Below are positions 1 to 11,194 of a stretch of 64,000 bases of DNA, piece by piece. The DNA comes from Heteronotia binoei (Eukaryota). Where the stretch lies: assembly GCF_032191835.1 (NCBI RefSeq), contig NC_083234.1, positions 78,864,001-78,928,000 on the forward strand, read 5' to 3'. Every line of letters starts with the position of its first letter. Positions within the stretch are counted from its first letter, which is position 1. A program made the translations under genes and the position numbers. Below the pieces are notes generated by a model, which saw only the letters and a program-made list of their open reading frames with translations, had not been told where the DNA came from and ran no database searches.

Positions 1-539
1 CATCATTATGAAAGAAATTGCTTAAGCATTTATTTGCAACATAAAAACACAGTGGTTTATTACTAGTGTTTGCTAATCAGTATGGGGAGGGAGCTTCTCT
101 ATAAATTCATAGGTAATGGAGGCTCCTCCCTGTGATGTCACTGGATCAAATGCCTCTGACTGGGCCCCAGCCCCCCCCACACACACACACACCGGGAAAT
201 TGAAAAGTCTACGCCCCTGCTTCTAAGGGTTGGAGTTCCTCCATCAGTCCCCTTCTCCCTCATAAGGCTCTGCTAACTGGCAGACTAAGTAGCCCAATTC
301 TGAGTTTCCTTTCAGGTGCCTCCCCCTGCCCATACCCTTGGTGTGGGGTGGGGTTGCCACCCTCTCCAGCCCTTCCTGCCTCCCGCCTTGACACTCTTCT
401 CCCCACACACCTTCTATTGCAGACAGGCAGCCTTTACCCTGAGCTGCTATCAGGCCCACAGCCCATCGGCAGACATCGGCATGGAGCAGTAACACTGCTG
501 TGTCTGGGCCTGAAATGACCCTGCAGTCTTCCATGAGCG

Positions 540-1560
540 GCATTCATGACACCCACGGGACAATTTGAGTATCTAGTGATGCCATTTGGGTTGCAAGGGG
601 TGCTGGGAGTGTTCATGAACTTTATCAATGAGGTGTTGAGAGAATATTTGTTCAAGGGGGTGGTGGTGTACCTGGATGATATAATTATCTATTCACAAGA
701 CCTCAAATCGCATGTGAAATTAGTGAGGGAGGTTCTTAGTACCCTATTGAAGCACAAGCTGTATGCTAAATCGTCAAAGTGTGAATTCCATAAGACTGAA
801 CTAGATTATTTGGGCTTCCGGGTATCAGCACAAGGGCTAGCCATGGACCCAAGTAAGGTTCAAGAGGTACTGGATTGGGCTCCCCCAAGGACACATAGAC
901 AGCTTCAATCATTCCTCGGGTTTGCCAATTTTTACCAAACCTTCATACCGGGGTTCGCCCAAATTATGTTACCCTTCACGGAGTTGCTAAAAACCAGGGG
1001 GAGGGGTCCTGACGCCAAAAAACCAGGGGCGAAACTGAATTGGACACAGAGGTGCCAAGAGGCGTTCACCAAGCTCAAATGACTGTTCACTAGTGAACCC
1101 ATTTTAACACACCCTAATGAGCTGAAGCCCTTCATTGTGCAATGTGACGCCTCCGATGTCGTCGTCGGAGCCATCCTCATGCAAAAAGATGAGGAGGGGA
1201 GACTAAAGCCCTGTGCCTATATTTCTAAAAAATTCTCCCAAGAGCAGAGGAATTGGTCAGTCTGGGATAAGGAGGCTTTTGCTGTGACTTATGCTCTAAA
1301 GACCTGGAGGTCATGGCTAGAAGGCTCTAAGGTTCCATTTGAGATCTGGACCGACCACAAAAATTTGGAGGCGCTCACAGGCGACGTAAACTCAGTAAAA
1401 AGCAGATCCGGTGGGCGGGGTTCTTCTCGAAATTTGACTTTGTGCTGAGGCACATCCCCGGGACGAAAAACTTTTTGGCGGATGCCCTTTCGCGCCTTCC
1501 TTAACATAACAGTCAAAAAGAGGAGGTTGTAGACTCTCTAATCTCTCCCTCTCAAGTAGC
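540..1560 (+). mobile_element. Ty3/Gypsy LTR retrotransposon pol fragment (RT + RNase H), frameshifted
   Basis: ORF 546-1082 has TPTGQFEYLVMPFGL, YLDD and KCEF..LDYLG. ORF 1137-1448 has CDASDVVVGAIL, DKEAFAV and WTDHKNL. Sequence near 1480-1500 reads ADALSRLP in another frame. Confidence 0.92.
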
Positions 1561-1599
1561 CGCCATGGTAACTACCCGGTCCAGATTTGTTATGCAACC

Positions 1600-2965
1600 C
1601 TGGGGCTACTATGCAGAGGAAGGAGTTACTCCCAGTTCAGGAAGTCCCACACTATCTTGCTGCTTTATGGACAGCTAAAGAAGAAACTACCCCCAAATCA
1701 GACAGAAGATTAGACATTTTGCCTGGGGTGGACCCTATTGTTTGGGCAGAGGGAGGGACCCCAGCCCTGGCTTTGGATGGCCCCAGTGAAAATAAAAGTT
1801 AAGAAGGGAACAGCTCCAGTCCAAATGTGGCAATATCCCTTGCCAGTAAAATGATGCATGGGATTAAACCCTGTCATTGAACAGTTAATTTTGGATGGGC
1901 AGCTTGAAGAATATACTTCACCATATAATACTCCTATTTTAGCAGTACCTGAAGACAATGCACAGATGCTTTGGCAGCTAGTTCAGAACCTTCGTTGTAT
2001 AAATGCGATAGTTGAAAGTACCCACCCTGTGGTCCCTAATCCATATACCATTTTTGTCAAGATAGACTGATTCTGCTCAAAGACTGATGGGTCCCGCCTG
2101 TCAGAACAGGCCTGGTTAGAATCATCCTGGATCAAATGCTGCTAGTTTATTTCCCTGTAATGACCCCCCTTTCCTTTATGACTGGTAACTGTTGTGAATC
2201 AAGTAGATTGTTCCTTCCCAGACAGTGGTGTGAGGGAGTGAAAGCCCTCCAAGGAGAGCAAGGCCAAATGGTGTGATAGCTGGCCTGGGAATGTCTCTTT
2301 GTAGTCCCTTTGTAGTAATGTATGATAACTGGCCTGGGAATGTATATTTGTAGTTATGTGTGAATGTTTCCTGCTACCCTCCCCCTAGGAATCCCTTTGA
2401 AGTGTATCTTATAACTCCTGTATCAATGTATTGGTTTCATTCCACTCAAGCTATCGGCTTGAGCCACAGTAACGGTTAATCAATAAATGAAGTCTTTGTA
2501 TCAACGTTGACTCCCTGTTGAATCCGTCTACTTGACAATTTTGTCAACCTTACCAGGCGATCATGAGCAGTTTACAATTTTGGATCGTAAGGATGCCTTC
2601 TTTAGCATCCCCCTAGGCCTAGAATCTAGGGACCTGTTTGCCTTTGAGTGGGAGGACCCCACTACTGGACTTAAGTCACACCTTCAGTAGATTGTCTTAC
2701 CCCAAGGTTTTGCAGATTCTCCTTCACTGTTTGGGAATTGCCTTGCACAAAATCTAAAAGCATGGAAAGGAGGGGAGGGGTGGCCTTATTGCAGTATGTG
2801 GATGATCTTCTTTTGACAGGCCCACTCAGGAGGTTGTCAGGGAAACCACCATCTCCCTTTTTAATTTTCTGGGACAGCAGGAATATAGTCTCCAAAGAGA
2901 AGGCTCAGTTGGTAAAGAAGGCTGGTAAATATTTAGGTTTTCATATTTCACAAGGCCAAAAGGAA
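1600..2965 (+). mobile_element. Endogenous retrovirus (class I-like) pol/RT fragment, degraded and interrupted by a solo LTR
   Basis: Motifs VDPIVWAEGG, SPYNTPILAV and HPVVPNPYT occur before the insertion. After 2543 the frame continues ILSTLPGDHEQFTILDRKDAFFSIPL...AFEWEDP...LPQGF, followed by LLQYVDDLLL and KYLGFHIS. Confidence 0.88.
2055..2537 (+). mobile_element. Solo LTR (483 bp) with 5-bp TSD ATTTT
   Basis: Begins TGTCAAGATAGACTGATTC and ends GAATCCGTCTACTTGACA (imperfect inverted termini, TG..CA). ATTTT at 2050-2054 and 2538-2542. AATAAA near 2482. Removing it restores the ERV RT frame. Confidence 0.9.
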
Positions 2966-3000
2966 CTGTTCAGGAACAGACCCCTTCCTGTACATTTTTT

Positions 3001-3078
3001 CATAAGAATAACGTAAGAGAAGTTGTGTTGGATCAGGCTAATGGCCCCTCCAGTCCAACACTGTGTCAAACAATGGCC
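3001..3078 (-). mobile_element. 3' end fragment of CR1-type LINE (TTCTTATG-tail family)
   Basis: Reverse complement matches the 3' unit seen at 11301-11896 and 22465-22540. Confidence 0.65.
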
Positions 3079-3671
3079 AAAACCCAGGTGCTGTCAAGAG
3101 GTCCACCCTTTCATACTTCCCTTTCCTCTGTATTCCCCTTCCCTTGTCAACCTGCAAGTCTCAGAGGTGTAGCCATATTGGAAGCAATGGGCTTAGCCTT
3201 TGCATAGATTGCACTGTTCATCTGTTGCACAAAAAAAACAATACCTTAAAGACAAACATATTCAGGAAATAGTTTTCATGGACGAGAGCCCACTTTGTAG
3301 AATGCATGAGATGGATCCCTCCACTAACAGTTACAAGGAAGAATGCTGGAATAAATTTACACTTTCTCCATAACTTCTGCCAATGGATGATCCTTTCATG
3401 TATCTGATAAAGAAGGCACTAGCCCATCGAAGATCATGCTAGACTCAAACAAGAGGCCTGTGTCTCTGGACTGATCTCACCTACTTTGAAAGATGTCTGA
3501 AAAGTGAGATCACTTCATGTAGGGGGCCATGCCATTTTTGCCCTCATAACTACAAGCCTCTTCTGTAATAAATAATGATACTTTATCTCAAATATTATTC
3601 ATTCTGCAAGTCTAGCTATCATTTCACGTTCAAATGTCATTTATTTCTAATTACATTCCTGTCCTTGCGGA

Positions 3672-4348
3672 TTACATAAAATCTGGCCTGCGGTAGTCAT
3701 TAAACCACAAATATTCTGGGGAAAGTAATTTTGTTGGTTTATGGTACAAAAATACTTGTTTAGGTGGCTCTCTTCCTGCCAGACAGCCTCCACACTTTTG
3801 TTTTTGTCAGTTATGATGGCTTTGTGGCACTTCTTGGTGAACTTGTAAACTTCAGCCACAGTTCCTCCAAAGAAGCCTCCAGCATAGTAAAAATCCCCCT
3901 CATCTAGGGGAATGAAAGCTTCAGAGACAGGACGTCGTTCATAGGTGAATATTTCGCGCTCGGAGGGAAAGAAAGCTGGGTGAATTGTGCCAAATACCTC
4001 GCTCAAAATCTCTACTCCAACATGGTCATTAAACTGCATGTCTACATCAACACATACCAGAAACTCAACTTCATGGATAAAGCACTATTGAGAGTAGTGA
4101 CTGATCATCCCCATCCGGCGCATGGAGATTTCCTACCACCTGGGGTAATTTTGGACTTTCAGAGGGACTATCTCCCTTCCAGCTTTGACAGTGATGTTAG
4201 GAACAACTTCAGGCCTATCAGTGAAGACTTCACTCTATGAATACTTCACTCTAAGAATATGACTTCACTCTAAGAATACTTCACTCTATGACCAACCATG
4301 AAATAAGTCTCTGCGGTTTCTAGAAACTTCTGGCAGAAGACGACATAC
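3672..4348 (-). pseudogene. ABO-like GT6 glycosyltransferase catalytic (last) exon, pseudogenised
   Basis: Acceptor tcttctag|G at 4349/4348. Conceptual translation: [93 protein letters not shown](fs)[15 protein letters not shown]. Stops at 4133-4135 and 4085-4087, a 1-bp loss in the A-run at 3748-3752, and a tandem insertion at 4227-4291. Lies at the position syntenic with mammalian ABO. Confidence 0.9.
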
Positions 4349-4354
4349 CTAGAA

Positions 4355-6070
4355 GACACAAGAAGACTTTTATGGACTATAAATACAAAAGGAAACTGTC
4401 CAGACTTAAGACAGAATTTTGAGTAATAAATGAAGCAAATTTACACATTTTTGTTCAGACAAGAGATCAGAAATTATCGGACACCATTAGTGACTGACAT
4501 TGATCTGAGGGAGAAAGTGTCCATTGTGCATGATTCCTTTCTGTAATGTTGCTCCAAGAAGTCAGTAATGTTGTTCCAAAATGCCAAGATACAATAAATA
4601 AATTAACAGTTCTAAATTCATCATCAGTTGTAACTGATGAAAACACTAGGAGGGGAGGGGGATAATGATTAGAATGACCTCTCCTGTCCTGAGATCTCTT
4701 GCCTTGAAAATCCCACAGAGTCACCAGACCAGCAGAAGTCCATCTGCTTAGAATTTTGACTGGAATTTGTTGTTTTCAGCTAAAGATATCAGCTCAGCAT
4801 TTGCAACCTTTTATGATAAATTATTTTGCTCTAACAAACCTGATCTAACAGATATCAGAATGCATTTGTCTTCCAATGATTATGTCAAACATATTTCTTC
4901 TGCTCATAGGAATCTAATGGATGCTCCTTTTTCAATGAGGGAACTTCAGTTCACTATTAAAAATTTAAAAAATAATAAATCCCCAGAGATAGATGGCCTC
5001 CCTGCTGAGTTGTATAAGACCTTCAGTACGGTATTGTTAGAACCTCTCGTATGTATCTGCAACCATGTTTTCCATTCTGGTATCTTACCAGCATCACAGA
5101 AGGAGTCTTCAATAACTGTTATTCCAAAACAGAAGATATGACTGATCCAGCTTCCTATAGGCCAATTGCGCTACATAATAGCGATGCTAAAATCTTCACG
5201 TCTTTATCAGCTAACAGACTGAAGTGTATAATTACAGATTATATATTTCCAGATCAGACAGGATTTATGCCAGGAAGACAGATGACGGATAACATTCGAC
5301 GTACTATAGATATTATATGAACATATGAAGCTGCCTTCTACTGAATCAGACCCTTGGTCCATCAAAGTCAGTATTGTCTTCTCAGACTGGCAGCGGCTCT
5401 CCAGGGTCTCAAGCTGAGACTTTTCACACCTATTTGCCTGGACCCTTTTTTGGAGATTCCAGGGATAGAACCTGGGACCTTCTGCTTCCCAAGCAGATGC
5501 TCTACCACTGAGCCACCGTCTCTCCCCATTATACTTTCAGAGAGCTTGGGAAGAAGATCTTAATAGAAATATTCACCCTACCTCATGGCAAAAAATCTGG
5601 AACTCTCCTACAAACTCTTCTTCAATTTTCAAAATTAAAATGCAATTCTTTAAGATTTTGACACGCTGGTATTTTCATCCTAGAAAACTTCATCAGATCA
5701 ATCTGTGACTCAGCCCACGATTCTGGAAGAATTGTGGTCTTGTTGGCACATATTTTCACTGCTGGTGGGAGTGTCCCTTTAGTCAACATTTTTGGTTGGA
5801 TGTTTTGCAACAAATCTCTTTAATAACTTCACAAATACTGCCTCTCTCTCCTAAACTTCTTTTAGATTTATGGGATGAGTCAACTGCAAATGTTTATCAT
5901 AAGGATTTAATTCATATTCTTTTAGCTACTGCATGTCTTACTATTGCATCGTCTTGGAAATCCTCCTCACCCCCAACGAGGCTGGAGTGGTTTGACAAAA
6001 TTTGGGACCAATTTGTCATGCAGAAGATCACAACAGTCATGGATCATGCTAACTCTGATTCCAATGACCC
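4355..6070 (+). mobile_element. L1 LINE ORF2 fragments (RT N-terminal part and C-terminal Cys-rich part), internally deleted
   Basis: KSPEIDGLPAELYK, ITVIPK, DPASYRPIAL, DQTGFMPGRQMTDNIRR; later H-x-WW-x-C region and IASSWKSSSPPT. The 5' boundary is approximate. Confidence 0.82.
5318..5527 (-). mobile_element. tRNA-derived SINE with ATATGTTC-type tail, inserted in L1
   Basis: Minus strand shows GGTGGCTCAGTGGTAGAGC (A box) and GGTTCTATCC (B box). ATTATA direct repeat at 5312-5317 and 5528-5533. Relatives at about 41795-42240, 52950-53050 and 59065-59470. Confidence 0.75.
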
Positions 6071-6629
6071 CCATGACACTGGAATCAATCAGTGTACTGG
6101 AGTAAGTCTGCATAGGAACTGAGCTAACACAATCTCCTTTTCCCTTTGTCTCCCCCTCTGCTTTCTCCCACTAAATCTAAGATTGGGCATCCTGAGTTAA
6201 TATGGTGCAATTGACGTGTTAACATGGTCTGATAAGGAACAAAAATAGAAAAATACAAGGAAGGATTTCCCCTTCCCAGCTCTTTGCTATAAATACCAGG
6301 CACATTTTGGGATATAAAGACGAGGTCTGATCCTTGCTTGCATGCTTTTATATGCTCAAGATGAATGTTGCCTACCGATAAAACACTAGTAAAAGTTTCA
6401 TAACTGAATAAGAAACACCTGAGTCTTCCACATATAGTTAATGTGCTCGATCTTACACACTCTAGCAGGAACTCATGATGCAGCCAAGGTGAAGTAGCCC
6501 CTGTGCTTTTGACTCTCAAAAGTTCATATTGTGAAAATCTGGTTGGTCTCTAAGGCCCTCTTATTGGACTCAAATCTAGCTTTTGTGCCTCTCCTGTCCT
6601 TACATTTTTGCTTGCCCAACACATTGTAC

Positions 6630-6633
<4 letters not shown>

Positions 6634-6686
<53 letters not shown>
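6634..6686. repeat. (TA)n microsatellite followed by (TTTA)n
   Basis: Read directly from the sequence. Confidence 0.98.
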
Positions 6687-6689
<3 letters not shown>

Positions 6690-6690
<1 letters not shown>

Positions 6691-6973
6691 TTATTTATTT
6701 ATATCCCGCCCTCCACTCTAAATCTCAGAGTGGCTCACAATTTCTACCTTTCTCCCCCACAACAGACACCCTGTGAAGTAAGTGGGGCTGAGAGAGATCT
6801 CCCAGAAGCTGCCCTTTCAAGGACAGCCATGTGAGACGTATGGCTGACCCAAGGCCATTCCAGCAGCTGCAAGTGGAGGAGTGGAGAATCAAAGAACAGG
6901 GTGTCTGTTGTGGGGGAGAAAGGTAGAAATTGTGAGCCACTCTGAGATTTAGAGTGGAGGGCAGGATATAAAT
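6690..6973 (-). mobile_element. Squam3/MIR-like SINE (5'-truncated) with an inverted copy of its own 3' end
   Basis: Matches the SINE family at 12484, 31066 and 38780. 6697-6774 is the reverse complement of 6896-6973. Confidence 0.8.
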
Positions 6974-7601
6974 CCAATCATATCACATTTCCAAATTAGA
7001 CTATAATGACTGCTCAAAATAGCATTTTGCCAATCGTTTTTTTGTACACAGCTGCACTGATCTGAAATGAAAAACAAAACAGCATTTGAGATTATGGTGA
7101 CTCTGAAATAAACAGTACTGCTGCATTAAGTAAAACATCTCTTCCATGTCTGCTTTCATGTGGAGAAATCTAACTCAATAGCTGCATAGACTCTATGAGT
7201 ATCACACTGAGTGCATGGCATGGGTTTCACTTCATTGTCCAAAGATGGGCCATTCTGAAACTGAGAAGTTGTTGGATGATCGGATGTAGGTATCCCCAGA
7301 GTGTCTTTGTGCCATCTTGTACTGTACTTGCATGGTAAAGCTTCTATCACTGATTTGTAGACTGAGTGGAAGCCCCGTCAGAATCTGATTCAGGCTGCAT
7401 TTAGTTTTATTACTATTGCTGTCTTAATCATCTGCCTCTCCTCCATTATGACTTGTATTTGTCTACGGGAGCTTTGACTCTTGAAAGCTCACACTCCAAA
7501 AATCTTGCTCTCTAAGGCGCTACTGGCTGTTCTGGCTGATCTACTGCAGACCAACACAGCTGCCCTCCAGAATACGTCTTTTCATGTGGCTGCAGACCAA
7601 C

Positions 7602-9041
7602 TGTAATGGATTTTTGGTTCTCTATGAAAATCTGGTCAAGCAGGCCTGGGCGAAGACACCCTGACTAGGCCGCTTGGCTGAATAAACATTCTCTCACAAG
7701 AGATAATTGGTAAACGGCCTTCAAAACAAACGATCTGCTCCTGGAAGGAGCTTGGCACCATCCCTAATGGGCTTCTTCATTGGCGAATTCCATTCAGCTG
7801 AGCAGATATCTTGAACCCTGGGAATCAAGGCGACTGGTCGGCAGCATGTAATCTTGGTTCCTTGGTAACGAGAGAGAATGGTTACATCATCTCCTGGATT
7901 ATGATTGGCTCATTTCTATAAGACACCTGTGTTTTTGCCTAAGACTTAGCTGTTGAACGACTGGCAAGTTATCATGTCAGTGACTAAAGCAGCTCGCTGT
8001 TGTTCCTGAGGGCTCTGGCCTTGTTTTGTTGGAGAGAACACTGACTTAACATCCTTTGGTAACTATCTGCTTTGCAAGCATTAGCTATTCTGGATAAGTA
8101 TGGTTTTCTTGTTTTGGACCCCCTTCACTGTCATGTCTGTTTTAAATATTTTTGCATGTTAAATAAAACATTTATGGTACGAACTTGGTGTGCTTTTTGC
8201 CTCCATAGCCTTAAAAGCTAAGTTCAGAAGCCTTGGGCTGCTCAACTAGGGTTGCCAATCCCCAGGTGGGGGCAGGGGATCCCCTGGTTTGGAGACCCTC
8301 CCCCCGCTTCAGGGTCATCAGAAAGCGGGGGGAGGGGAGGGAAATGTCTGCTGGGAACTCTATTATTCCCTGTGGAGATTTATTCCCATAGAAAATCATG
8401 GAGAATTGATCTGCGGGTATCTGGGGCTCTAGGGGGGGGGGCTGTTGTTTGGAGTAGAGGCACCAAACTTTCAGTATCGCATCTAGTGCCTCTCCCCAAA
8501 ATACCCCCCAAGTTTCAAAACGATTGGACCAGGGGGTCCAATTCTATGAGCCCCAAAAGAAGGTGCCCCTATCCTTCCTTATTTCCTAAGGAAGGAAGGA
8601 ATTGAAAAGGTGTGCCGTCCCTTTAAATGTGATGGCCAGAATTCCCTTTGGAGTTCAATTATGCTTGTCCCAGCCTTGATCTTGGCTCCACCTTTAATGT
8701 CTCCTGGCTCCACCCCCAAAGTCTCCTGGCTCCACCCCCAAATTCCCCAGATATTTTTTGAATTGGACTTGGCAACCCTATGCTCAACCCATGGTTAATG
8801 TTTCGTTTGGAAACTCCGAACTGCAAGCCCACCTTGCAGGCTTGACTTTCTGGAGTAATTCCCAGGAAGGCTCAAAGATTTGAGCTTTTTATTCTGGAGC
8901 TCTTGGGATAGTCAAAAGGTCTGGCGGCAGCCTAGTGTATTAGCCTGGAGAGAGGGTGTAGGAGTTTGGTAATGCATTTGTCCCTGTGTTTAAAATGGGT
9001 CCCTCTTTTTCCTGGGCTTGGGAGAAGAGGAATCCATGACA
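7602..9041 (+). mobile_element. Solo LTR with 5-bp TSD CCAAC, interrupted by a hAT MITE
   Basis: Starts TGTAATGGATT and ends AATCCATGACA. CCAAC at 7597-7601 and 9042-9046. AATAAA near 8161. Strand inferred from the poly(A) signal. Confidence 0.85.
8247..8780 (+). mobile_element. hAT-type MITE (TAGGGTTGCCAA termini)
   Basis: TIRs TAGGGTTGCCAA / TTGGCAACCCTA. Perfect 8-bp TSD TGCTCAAC at 8239-8246 and 8781-8788. Confidence 0.92.
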
Positions 9042-9669
9042 CCAACCACCATAAGAATTTCAAAATGATAACATTTTAAATTTACAACTGGCCACCGTTT
9101 ATAAAAAGAGAAAGCAACATCTGAGCAAAGGAAAATAAAATGAGTAATGAATCCATTCTTTCATCCTAGGTCTAAAACGTATCCTCTGAGATGGGGAATG
9201 AAGAGGCAGGCAGAATAACACTAAAAGTTCCTGATTCTGCTGTTTTGTTGGCCTCCTCTGACTCATCTCAGACTCTCCAATAGAATTCCTGAGCTTTCCA
9301 ACACACATGACCAAGACTCTCCTGTACAGCCCATTGTTCATTCCCTAACACACAGGGTTATGCATTTCTTGGAAGTGTTAAAATGTTATGATCTTTGAGA
9401 GTGGAAGTTGTTTTGCAAATTGAATAAGCAAAGGCTTAGATAAAAAGCTTACAGCGAAACAGGGAAAAATGGACCGGTTTTGCCTGTCAGCTTCATTCCC
9501 TTGTGAAAACTAATTTTTGATATTGGAGAAATTTTCTATACCCTTGGGGTTGATGTTCACCATCTGAATTAATTAATAAATATTTTTGGACATATTTTCA
9601 TATTTTTTAATTGGTTTGTCAAGGGTTAACTCTGCTACAGGAGTCAATGGTACACGGAGCCTGCGCTTG

Positions 9670-10170
9670 CTCTCCAATCCCCGGTGGGGGCAGGGGATCT
9701 CCTGGTTCGGAGGCCTTCCCCCTGCTTCAGGGTCATCAGAAAGCAGGACGGGGGAGAGGGAAATGTCTGCTGAGCACTCCATTGTTCCCTATGGAGACTG
9801 ATTCCCATAGGGTATAATGGATAATTGATCTGTGGGTATCTGGTGCTTGGGGGGCTTTTTTTTTAGGTAGAACCACCAAATTTTAAGCATAGCATCTGGT
9901 GCCTCTCCTCCAAATACCCTCCAAGTTTCAAAAGCATTGGACCAGGGGGTCCAATTCTATGAGCCCCCAAAGAAGGTGCCCCTATCCTTCATTATTCCAA
10001 ATGGAGGGAAGGCATTTAAAAGGAGCATGGTCCTTTTAAATGTGATGGCCAGAACTCCCCTTGGAGTTCAGTTATGCTAATCACAACCTTGCTCCTGGCT
10101 CCACCCCAATGTCTCCTGGCTCCACCCCCAAAGTCCCCAGATATTTCTTGAATTGGACTTGGCAACCCTA
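9670..10170 (+). mobile_element. Same hAT MITE family, left terminus eroded
   Basis: Colinear with 8247-8780. Right TIR TTGGCAACCCTA is intact at 10159-10170. Confidence 0.8.
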
Positions 10171-10239
10171 TCCCATGAAGAGACAGAGAGCTGAAGCCCC
10201 TTCTTTGGACCTCTGGAAGAGTCAGGCAGCCATTGACTC

Positions 10240-10640
10240 CTGTGGCAGCCAGATCTGACCGGCATCTTTGGGTACAGCCTGTGTGACAAAGACGTTATTA
10301 TCCAACATGAGCTGCAGACCACTGGTGATGCCTTGGGCTGGTTTTCAGCTGGGAGCTGTGGGCGACAAGCGGTGGTGTCCTGTTGTCTTCTCCTTTGGGC
10401 CTGTCCTGGAGCAGGCTGTTCTGGGAACTGGCCTGACTCTGGCGATCTATGTCTTTACTTCTTCAGGAGGGAGTCTGTAATCTTCTTGCCAGCCCTTCAA
10501 GTGAGGGTCCCTGTCTGAGGGATTAGCACAAATGCATCTGTAACACAGTGATTAACAGTAGATTGTTTGGAGTGGTAGCTGGAAGCATGCAGATATACGT
10601 GGCAGTTGATGACAATAGTGCTTTGTACAAAGTAGTGCTG
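10240..10640 (-). mobile_element. Penelope-like element ORF fragment (post-RT region)
   Basis: Minus-strand translation gives YLHASSYHSKQST and LLQDRPKGEDNRTPPLVAHSSQLK, resembling recalled Penelope/Neptune ORF motifs. Confidence 0.6.
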
Positions 10641-11194
10641 GAGAGCTAAGCCTCCTGTACATAGTCCACCCACTTGGCTGGGATGACAGCTGTCCCTTCC
10701 TGAAGGCTGTTTAAACCACCCCTTTCTGCATGGTTGAGACAATGGCGTCAGCACCGTGCACAGCTCACTCCAGCTTAAGCATGGTGCAAAAGCATTGTAT
10801 GTAGAAACCCCGTGAGGCACTGCAGCCATCCGGAGGAGTCCCCATTGAGCTATTCTTTCTTTCGCATCAATTGATATGCTATTTGTTGGTCATGTGTGGA
10901 GATGGTGGCTGTTCAACTATGATTACACCCCCCCCACCCACCCCACACACACACACTGATATTTTGAGAAGATGGTGTCTGCCTATTAGTATATGACGGT
11001 TCAATGGTACTGTGTTGAAGCTGAGGAGACAGCTTCAACACAGTACAGTGGGTGACAAAATGGCCTCCTGGGTAATCCTGGGAGCGCTAGGTACACTATG
11101 TTGGAAATTCAGTCCCCTAAATGCAAGACACAACAGTCCCTTTTCCTGAGGTAAGGCCTTTCCAAAGCAGCAGTTCCTCTTTTTACTCTCCTAG

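Noticed and set aside
72-232. hAT-like element ending in ACGCCCCTG (similarly TTTGGCCACCCCTG near 50859)
   Set aside because: Only one terminus is visible and no TSD could be confirmed.
6480-6505. TSPWL on the minus strand as a remnant of the ABO penultimate exon (TPWLAP)
   Set aside because: Flanking residues do not match, there are no splice signals, and it lies among L1/Penelope debris.
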